DNA of 58,537 nucleotides from a virus. Taxonomy: Duplodnaviria > Caudoviricetes. The DNA is taken from positions 1 through 58,537 of the IMG/VR virus record IMGVR_UViG_3300030116_006124. The stretch is one strand, 5' to 3'. The first letter of the stretch is position 1. Each line of letters starts with the position of its first letter. Both the position numbers and the translations under genes were made by a program. The notes under the pieces were generated by a model that worked only from the letters and a program-made list of their open reading frames with translations, had not been told where the DNA came from and made no database searches. This document shows positions 29,865 through 36,991 of the stretch, one piece after another.

Positions 29865-30227
29865 TTAGTTTGCGTATTCACCAGTCCATACAGGTGCTTT
29901 TATCATATAGCCCCGATCATATGTCAGATGTATCGGTGACGAGTGATAGGGTAATTCTAGATCGATGCATCGCTTCTCGAAATTAGCAACGGCATCATCC
30001 AGATTAGTAAACTCCATTTGGTTTACGCTGTGCAAGAACTTCTGATAGAAGTGATCTATGAATTCAATCTCTACTGTATACTTTGATGTGCCGTTTTCTC
30101 TTAGCACTACTCTGCTCATTGTACAGTTGTGATCATTCTCTCCGTACTTTATCTTTTCAATTAATGATCTAGCTAGAACTGGATACTCGATCCAGTCGAT
30201 TGCTTTCTCTACTGTTCTTATTCTCAT
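29865..30227 (-). CDS. Early-region cassette gene, hypothetical
   Basis: 120 aa with AAGAAAGGAATACC leader. Confidence 0.65.
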   Translation of the reverse strand: MRIRTVEKAIDWIEYPVLARSLIEKIKYGENDHNCTMSRVVLRENGTSKYTVEIEFIDHFYQKFLHSVNQMEFTNLDDAVANFEKRCIDLELPYHSSPIHLTYDRGYMIKAPVWTGEYAN

Positions 30228-30277
30228 GGTGGTATTCCTTTCTTGGTTTGTATGTTAATAAGTTAACAACTCAGTTG

Positions 30278-30445
30278 TTAAAACATCCGATTCCTTGGTA
30301 AGAAATTAGTATCGGATACTGCTCGAAGTTTATATGCTAATTCCTTTTCATCCAATTCACATAAGATCTCGATAGCCTGAAATAGTTTAGCTATCTTTTC
30401 AATACGTGCCTTGCGTTCTTCTTTTGTTTCTTTTTTCTTTCTCAT
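30278..30445 (-). CDS. Early-region cassette gene (55 aa, not in ORF track)
   Basis: MRKKKETKEERKARIEK...RNRMF*, stop inside palindrome 30263-30281. Confidence 0.55.
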   Translation of the reverse strand: MRKKKETKEERKARIEKIAKLFQAIEILCELDEKELAYKLRAVSDTNFLPRNRMF

Positions 30446-30478
30446 GATTTGTATGTTAATAAGTTAACAACTCAGTTG

Positions 30479-30676
30479 TTAATCTGTTTCTGTTAATCCT
30501 CCTATCACCTCAAGGTTCGCTAAGTGAGATTCAATAATCCCATACCTGTCAGCGTTTGGGCGTACCTCATCCCAATACTCGCACTTGCATATGCTATCGT
30601 AGTAGTACCCACAATTCTCATTATGCTTCAACCCCATCGGGCGATGATGTTTTAATTTATCAGTTGTTAAGTTCAC
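30479..30676 (-). CDS. Early-region cassette gene, Cys/His-containing hypothetical
   Basis: 65 aa, GTG start after the shared leader; stop inside palindrome. Confidence 0.55.
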   Translation of the reverse strand: MNLTTDKLKHHRPMGLKHNENCGYYYDSICKCEYWDEVRPNADRYGIIESHLANLEVIGGLTETD

Positions 30677-30723
30677 TGGTATTCCTTTCTTGTTTGTATG
30701 TTAATAAGTTAACAACTCAGTTG

Positions 30724-31017
30724 TTAATCTGCTCCGTTCTCATTGTTAATTGAGAAGACTGTTCTGAGATCCTCGTTAATACGAAGACACCAGTTTTCTT
30801 GGTGAGCTACATCAGCCCCCGAAAACTCTACTCTTAGCGATTCTTTTGAGAGGGTTGCTAAACCATAATTGAAATCTATGCCGTTTACCCTACCATCCCC
30901 ATCCAGATGGATGTCGGTAATTTCTTCCCGTGATATTGCCCACGAATTAAATGCCATCCCATTCGAATTTAGTTTTTCAAATAGGGTTATTACTTTTTGC
31001 ATTGTTTCTATTGTCAT
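30724..31017 (-). CDS. Early-region cassette gene, hypothetical
   Basis: 97 aa; stop inside palindrome 30709-30727. Confidence 0.65.
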   Translation of the reverse strand: MTIETMQKVITLFEKLNSNGMAFNSWAISREEITDIHLDGDGRVNGIDFNYGLATLSKESLRVEFSGADVAHQENWCLRINEDLRTVFSINNENGAD

Positions 31018-31096
31018 TTGTTTACTTGGTTTGTTTGTTATTAATTTAACAACTCAGTTGTTAACAACTCAGTTGTTAAGGATTAAAATTTTAGAC

Positions 31097-31276
31097 CTAT
31101 GCCTCCACCCCCGTCCATCTGATAATCTGATCAAACGATTCATACCCTAAACCTGCATATAGAATGCTTTCCAATGTCTCGAAAGTATATCCGTTTATAC
31201 TCGTAACAATTTGTAATGTCTCTTCACTTATCCCTAATTCTCTTAGAGTATCCCATGCTTTTTTCTTATCTCTCAT
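31097..31276 (-). CDS. Early-region cassette gene (59 aa, not in ORF track)
   Basis: MRDKKKAWDTLRELGISEETLQIVTSINGY...ILYAGLGYESFDQI..., between two tandem palindromes. Confidence 0.6.
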   Translation of the reverse strand: MRDKKKAWDTLRELGISEETLQIVTSINGYTFETLESILYAGLGYESFDQIIRWTGVEA

Positions 31277-31453
31277 ATTACTATTTTATGTTTATTATTT
31301 TTGTATGTTATTAATTTAACAACTCAGTTGTTAACAACTCAGTTGTTAAGGTAATCAATTAAGAATTGAAGGATGCACCATTGCCAAGGGTTAGTCGACA
31401 ATGGTGCAATGTTCAATACTCACTTGATAAGTGATAAGTTAACAACTTAGTTG

Positions 31454-31993
31454 TTAACTCTTATCTAATTCTGAAACAATCTCATTTATAAGATTAACAG
31501 CTTTGGCTTGTTCCTCAGTAGATGCCGCCTTGAATAACTTAGCAATCTGCTCAGCAGTGACAGGCTTCTTTTCCTTATCTGATTTTTTCTTGTTAACAAG
31601 AACCGCTTTAGTTGTAGCTTCAGCTATTTTAATATATCCAACAGATACTTTGTTTAGAGTCTTAGTGATTCCTGCATCACTTCTGGTTTTTCTAAGATAG
31701 TGCCCTCTCTCATTTAGAATTTTAGATAGATTCTGTTGAGTAGTTTTTCCGTTCTTTACCAGTGGAGCGCAAGTATTCTGTACTGTTTTATAGATTACAG
31801 AACTAGGAATATTAGCTTTTTCCATTATCTCAATTTTCTCAACTAAGATTTCCTTAAGGGTTTCCGTTGCTTTGAAGATTGCTTCAATAAATGAATCTCT
31901 TGCAGTTGTTAATTCAGTTGTAACATTTTCAAGAACTGCTTTCTGATCTGCAGTTAATTCGATAGCGTTTTTCTTATTTGCTTTTTTAGCCAT
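31454..31993 (-). CDS. First early gene; Lys-rich putative DNA-binding protein
   Basis: 179 aa, QQNLSKIL..RG...RKTRSDAG basic motif; stop inside palindrome 31439-31457. Confidence 0.6.
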   Translation of the reverse strand: MAKKANKKNAIELTADQKAVLENVTTELTTARDSFIEAIFKATETLKEILVEKIEIMEKANIPSSVIYKTVQNTCAPLVKNGKTTQQNLSKILNERGHYLRKTRSDAGITKTLNKVSVGYIKIAEATTKAVLVNKKKSDKEKKPVTAEQIAKLFKAASTEEQAKAVNLINEIVSELDKS

Positions 31994-32089
31994 TTTATTT
32001 TCTTTCTATTTTTTAATGTTTTATTGTTAGGTTTATCCATTGTTTTTCAATGGTTAGAATCTTAACAACTGAATTGTTAAAACTCTAAA

Positions 32090-32128
32090 CATTGCACTAT
32101 TGGAGGTATTCTTTCCAATAGTGCAATG
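32090..32128 (-). promoter_or_regulatory. 15-bp perfect stem-loop (processing site or terminator)
   Basis: CATTGCACTATTGGA / TCCAATAGTGCAATG with a 9-nt loop. Confidence 0.6.
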
Positions 32129-32134
32129 GATAAT

Positions 32135-32725
32135 GCCAAGCCGATAACCTCATAATTTATCGACTGTGATACCTTAGTATATTTCAATCCGTTGAGACCA
32201 GTTGAAATTTTAAATTGCTTGGATAGCCATAATTTAAAACCAGTATAAAATAATCATATAAACTAAAGAGCTTTGAAATGTGATTAAGGTATACCCGAAA
32301 AAATCGGTCTGATCTGCGTGAATACTTAGGGGTGAAAAGGTTGCCAAACCATATTCACTTTTTTTGACCCCTGCTAAATGTTCGATCCTACTAAAGGCAC
32401 TTCTCAGGGTCTGCTATTTTAAACTGGTTACAGCGTGCAATTTTTTAACGGCTAGATATTACTCCTAAATCATTTTGTATTGACTACCATTCTTTAAGCT
32501 ATGCCTCAGAGTAAACGGATTGGACGTTTATCCTTTACGGTTTTTAAACTGCTCTCCACAGATCCCGCTCTGTAATTTTCTTAAAACTGTCAATAAGGCT
32601 TTTACTGCTAAAATACTTTATCGCTACCAGTCGAGCTTAGTTGGTTACCCCTAAGCGGGCTATACTGTCAAAAATCTATCCTCTCACTGTCACTGAGCTG
32701 AGGTAATTTTTCCCTCACTTTCTTA
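32135..32725 (-). ncRNA. Candidate large structured ncRNA
   Basis: No ORF of 60 aa or more; several long-range complementary pairs (see findings); weak promoter TTGCAC at 32750-32755 upstream and a 15-bp hairpin downstream. Confidence 0.55.
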
Positions 32726-33062
32726 ACCAATACTTTAAAAAAAGAAATAGTGCAACCTAATATTTCATTATTTTTCATAAATGATCATAACAATTTAGTT
32801 GTTAGTTGTAAGTTGTTAATGGTTAATGAGTTATGTAACATTAATAATTGTTCATAAATAGCCATAATGATCTGAATTTTGCACTAGCAAAACAACAAAA
32901 AATCCTAACAACTTTCCAAGAATTTTTGAAAAGTGTTATATCGTCGTAAATGAAATAGGGTATATTACCCCCATATCAGCTTGCAACGTCATATAAGGCA
33001 ATTATGAAGCATTATGAGGATATTTTAGTGAGTATAGATAATTATGGTAATTATAAAGGGAA

Positions 33063-33078
33063 TGTTCTACGTGGAACA
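33063..33078. promoter_or_regulatory. parS-like site
   Basis: TGTTCTACGTGGAACA, one mismatch from the palindromic parS TGTTCCACGTGGAACA. Confidence 0.6.
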
Positions 33079-33328
33079 TTTTAACAACTGAGTTGTTAAG
33101 GGGTAATTGATAATAGGCAATGGCTAATTGTTCAGTTGATCAGATCATTGCTAATGTCAAATTTTCAACAAAGTCTAGCAATTCACAGCCGATCATTATC
33201 AGTAAATATGGAAAGTTAATCATTGTTGATTATCAATAGATCACAGCCAATCGACAGCCACGCCACCCCCCGCCCCCGACTTTTTTTTGTGTGCCGCCCC
33301 ATGTATATATGTGTGTACAAGAAAAAAT

Positions 33329-33357
33329 TTGACTAAACATCTACCACTCGATATAAA
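33329..33357 (+). promoter_or_regulatory. Sigma70-like promoter (leaderless transcript for 33364)
   Basis: TTGACT-N17-TATAAA, 6 nt before the ATG. Confidence 0.55.
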
Positions 33358-33363
33358 GGGGGT

Positions 33364-33591
33364 ATGCCAAACGTAAAAAAGCAAGAATATTACAGGAAAA
33401 ATAGAGAAAAGCGGCTCAAGTATCAGCGAGATTACTACGAGCTAAATAAAGAGCGAATCAAGAAAAATCGAGCCGATAGAATGGACAAGGAGCCCGATAG
33501 AATGGACAAGGAGCGGTCTTACAACAAAGAATACTACAAGAAGAATAAGGAGCGGATCATGGCTCGTCGTAAGGCTAAAGAGCGGAAATGA
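33364..33591 (+). CDS. Small basic protein with YY.KN.E repeats
   Basis: EYYRKNREK / DYYELNKER / EYYKKNKER; internal 21-bp tandem duplication 33473-33514. Confidence 0.6.
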   Translation: MPNVKKQEYYRKNREKRLKYQRDYYELNKERIKKNRADRMDKEPDRMDKERSYNKEYYKKNKERIMARRKAKERK

Positions 33592-33716
33592 AAGTCGCTC
33601 ACGATTCACCGTTCATTATCCATGATTCGGGGTTCAGTGTGCGGCTACGTGAGCGGGGTTACACATCATCAAAGTATATAATAATGAATGCTAAATATAC
33701 GTGTAGAATCAAGTTG

Positions 33717-33887
33717 AAAACTTTTTTAAAAAGCTGTATGTAGTTTCATGCAATTAGAATTATTGTTATGAAAAATTATGAAAAAAAGATACAGTTTCAT
33801 GCAATTTTTATTTTATACTATAAAAATAGGTATTTGAAGAAGAATGAAAAAATGCATGAAACTGCATACAGAATATAAAAAAGTTTT
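33717..33887. repeat. AT-rich region with long imperfect inverted repeat plus a direct copy (candidate replication origin)
   Basis: 33717-33752 is complementary to 33853-33887; AGTTTCATGCAATT at 33742 and 33793. Confidence 0.5.
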
Positions 33888-33940
33888 TATATTAGGTATT
33901 TTTAATTAATCATTATAAAGTCAATTTTTTTCTCATCAAT

Positions 33941-34426
33941 ATGGATACACAAACCAAGTACAAAATAACAGACATTAAACTAAAACGTAAAAGAATTCCA
34001 CAAGCCTTGAAGTACGAAATCGATGAATGTGGTTTCATATATCGTGGTTCTAAAAAACTCGCTATGAATTTCCGTTCAGGAAAGTGGTACACTCAAATCA
34101 GAGGGAACGATGGTAAAAACTACACCGTAGATTCTGAGAAGCTCACCCGACATGTATTCGGGGACAAGGAACTAGAGTTCAGTCGAGAGGATGTTTTAAC
34201 TAAACTGCAAGCCCGACCGATAGAAGAGTTCCCTCGTTACGCTGTTACGAGCTATGGGGCTGTCTACTGCATTGATCCTCCTAAGAGAGGCCCACGATCA
34301 GGTCAACGGTATCTACTTAGCGAGAAGTTACATAACGGCAAAAGGTACGTAACGGTGTATCATGCGGATGGCCGACGGAGAACCCGACAAGTAGAGCACC
34401 TAGTCCGTGACACATGGGGATATTAA
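33941..34426 (+). CDS. NUMOD4-like DNA-binding protein without HNH domain
   Basis: PIEEFPRYAVTSYGAV...GKRYVTV...RQVEHLV; N-terminal half looks like a degenerate second copy. Confidence 0.5.
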   Translation: MDTQTKYKITDIKLKRKRIPQALKYEIDECGFIYRGSKKLAMNFRSGKWYTQIRGNDGKNYTVDSEKLTRHVFGDKELEFSREDVLTKLQARPIEEFPRYAVTSYGAVYCIDPPKRGPRSGQRYLLSEKLHNGKRYVTVYHADGRRRTRQVEHLVRDTWGY

Positions 34427-34469
34427 TTATTTGTTTTTCAAGTAAAAAGAATTATTTTATGTAACATAC

Positions 34470-36692
34470 ATGTACAACGACAATGCAGCTATCAAAGCCC
34501 TTGATGGACTAGGGAGTTTAGACGAAAAAGGTAAAGCAGTTAAAAGTAGACTTAAAGATGTTAAAAGCGCACTTAACATCTTTAACAGCCTACGTAGTGC
34601 TGACGAAGCGTCGTCTATTAACCGTGCTCGTATTGATGCAATGTTTGACGGAGCTAATCCGTACAACCAAGCGCATCTTACGGCTAGTGGTCAAGGCTTA
34701 AAAACAAACCTCAACTTTGGAGAAGCTCAACGCCTCCTAGATATTTCTCTATCCGCATACGTAGACTTATACTCTTCATTAGAAAAACTCGTAGAGGTTA
34801 AATCATCTAAAGGTAGTGCATCTGAAGTTATGCAGCTTGAAGATATTGTATCTGAAGAGATCACTCATTTACTTCGATGCTGGCCTGAGTTTCATTCACA
34901 CTACCTCCGCTTATGCACCACGTTCATTAAACATGGAGTAGGAGTTGCGTACTTTGATACACCTGATGACTGGAAATTTAGAGTGGGCGGTTTTGCCGAC
35001 ATCTTGATTCCTCGCCAAACACCATCGTCAGAGAACATGATTGATGTTGCGGTGGGTCGTCGTGAATATCACCTACACGAACTTTACGCTTTCATAAAAA
35101 ACGAGAAGGCAGCTACTCAAGTTGGTTGGGACGTTAAAGAGATGAAGCGTGTCATTATGAAGTGCGTTAAGACCAGTGGTCGTAGTAGGAACACAAGTTA
35201 CAGTGATTGGGAAACGTTACAGTCGGAAATGAAAAATAATGACATCTATGCAGGTCATCAAAATCCTACTGTATCTGTATTACATTTTTGGGTAAGGGAG
35301 ATGGACGGATCTATTTCGCATTACATATGCAGCGAGAAAGATCCTAAAAACTTTTTATATAAAAAGATTTCTCGTTACGAGAGACCAGAACATGCGTACG
35401 TAATGTTTACGTACGGTGTGGGATCGAATGGTACATACCATTCCATTCGGGGGTTGGGTCATCGTATATTCAACCATATTCAAACAAGTAATAGGTTGCG
35501 TTGCCAAATGATAGATGGCGCAATGTTAGGGTCGGCAGTTATGATCCAACCAGAGAACCAGAGGGCGCTAGATGAATTAGGGTTCACTTACTACGGAGCA
35601 TATGCCGTACTCTCCCCGAATGTAAACATAATCGAGAAAGCTGTACCTAACCTCAGTACTGCAGTACAACCAGCACTGAATGATATATCAAATCAACTCG
35701 CATTGAATACTGACACCGTAAGTACATACGGGTCACAGCAGAGTTCACCATACAGAAACCAGATGCAGGTTGTTGCTGACATGGATGTACAAACCAGATT
35801 GTCAGGTGCATCATTGAATCTGTTCTATGCATCATGGAATCGTTTACTACGAGAAGTTGTCAGACGTATCGTAACAACGAAGAAAGTTGATGGTATGTTA
35901 AAAGACTTCTATGATCGATGTGCAATGAGAGGTGTACCAGAATCATTTATCCGTTCACTCGACACTATGAGAACCAAAGCTGTCCGTTCAATCGGAAATG
36001 GTTCATATGCTAACAGATTAGTTGCTCTTAAAGAATTGCAAGCGATCAGTGGATCATTTGATGATGTAGGTAGACGTAACCTGACTCGTGATATTGTATC
36101 AACTAGAGTGGGTCATGATTTAGCTGACCGTTATGCACCGCAGCAAGAGGAGCCTAGAGGAACTTACCATAACAAGATAGCCATGTTTGAGAACAGTGAG
36201 TTAATGGAAGGTAAGCCTGTTATGGTTATGGATGAAGAATTGCACAGTGTACATTTGTCAATTCATATCCCAGAACTCAATAAATTAATCGAAGAATTAA
36301 ATGTTGGTGTCGCTGACCCTGTACAATCTTTACCCGTACTACAAGCCTTTTACCAGCATATAGCTGAGACAGTTCAGTTTATTGCTGCTGACCCTAATGC
36401 TGGCCCTTTGATAAGTTCAGCAAAACAAGTCTTGAATTTCGCAGAAGAGATGATAAATAATACTTCTAAGAAGGTGCAGAAGATGCAGCGTGATGCAATG
36501 GAACAGCAAGCACAACCTGAAGAACAAGCAAGGCCAGATCCAACATTACAGATGAAGATGCAGGAACACCAGATGAAACTAGAAATGGCAAGACAAAAAG
36601 CAGAACTGGACATGGAGCTAAAACAAGCTAAGTTCCAACAGGAGCAAGCCATAGAAGATGCGAAAACAGTAGCAAAGCTCCGTGAAAACTAG
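34470..36692 (+). CDS. Probable portal protein
   Basis: 740 aa, first head gene, C-terminal Q/E/M-rich coiled coil typical of podoviral portals, followed by a small ORF and scaffold. Confidence 0.65.
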   Translation: MYNDNAAIKALDGLGSLDEKGKAVKSRLKDVKSALNIFNSLRSADEASSINRARIDAMFDGANPYNQAHLTASGQGLKTNLNFGEAQRLLDISLSAYVDLYSSLEKLVEVKSSKGSASEVMQLEDIVSEEITHLLRCWPEFHSHYLRLCTTFIKHGVGVAYFDTPDDWKFRVGGFADILIPRQTPSSENMIDVAVGRREYHLHELYAFIKNEKAATQVGWDVKEMKRVIMKCVKTSGRSRNTSYSDWETLQSEMKNNDIYAGHQNPTVSVLHFWVREMDGSISHYICSEKDPKNFLYKKISRYERPEHAYVMFTYGVGSNGTYHSIRGLGHRIFNHIQTSNRLRCQMIDGAMLGSAVMIQPENQRALDELGFTYYGAYAVLSPNVNIIEKAVPNLSTAVQPALNDISNQLALNTDTVSTYGSQQSSPYRNQMQVVADMDVQTRLSGASLNLFYASWNRLLREVVRRIVTTKKVDGMLKDFYDRCAMRGVPESFIRSLDTMRTKAVRSIGNGSYANRLVALKELQAISGSFDDVGRRNLTRDIVSTRVGHDLADRYAPQQEEPRGTYHNKIAMFENSELMEGKPVMVMDEELHSVHLSIHIPELNKLIEELNVGVADPVQSLPVLQAFYQHIAETVQFIAADPNAGPLISSAKQVLNFAEEMINNTSKKVQKMQRDAMEQQAQPEEQARPDPTLQMKMQEHQMKLEMARQKAELDMELKQAKFQQEQAIEDAKTVAKLREN

Positions 36693-36697
36693 CATAA

Positions 36698-36991
36698 ATG
36701 TCAAAGAAACAATATATTCCTATCCCCGTTGATAGGTTTCGAAAAGATGTCAAAAGAGTTACTGCCTTGCGAAAAATCGTGGAAGATCCGATACATGAAG
36801 AGGCAGCAGCGACTCTTAAAGAAGCAGCCTCTCCAACTTTCGGCAGTATCACCCCCGATGGAGCTGTCAATGGGACAAGACTTGCCTACTATGCTGGCTA
36901 TTGTGATGCTTTTAGAGATTTACGAAAACTAACCGTTATACAACCAGATAAACCAAACAGACCTGAAGAATGGACGCACATACAGCCGTAG
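36698..36991 (+). CDS. Small head-module protein
   Basis: 97 aa between portal and scaffold. Confidence 0.55.
   Translation: MSKKQYIPIPVDRFRKDVKRVTALRKIVEDPIHEEAAATLKEAASPTFGSITPDGAVNGTRLAYYAGYCDAFRDLRKLTVIQPDKPNRPEEWTHIQP

Larger units (their letters stand above)
27205..33099. repeat. Dispersed 19-bp palindrome TTAACAACT[C/G/T]AGTTGTTAA, 17 copies
   Basis: Copies start at 27205, 28254, 28810, 29100, 29346, 29713, 29800, 30263, 30464, 30709, 31046, 31061, 31316, 31331, 31439, 32062 (1 mismatch) and 33081; degenerate copies at 25981 and 32787. Confidence 0.95.

Noticed and set aside
29697-29939. Plus-strand 80-aa ORF with two NNSVVN repeats
   Set aside because: By-product of reading through two palindromes antisense to the early operon; no RBS. 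The same applies to 28164-28394, 30556-30753 and 30869-31150.
32135-32725. Group I/II intron or decayed gene
   Set aside because: It does not interrupt a gene, and I could not find group I P7 or group II domain V signatures or a relic ORF; not excluded without an Rfam scan.
27205-33099. CRISPR array interpretation of the palindromic repeats
   Set aside because: Intervals range from 0 to about 1000 bp and contain whole genes; the repeat is only 19 bp; there is no cas1/cas2 or effector, and the Cas4-like gene sits in the replication module as is usual for phages.
27205-33099. Palindromes as intrinsic terminators
   Set aside because: The stem is AT-rich with a 1-nt centre and no consistent U-tract, and exact sequence (not just pairing) is conserved, which fits a protein-recognised DNA site better.
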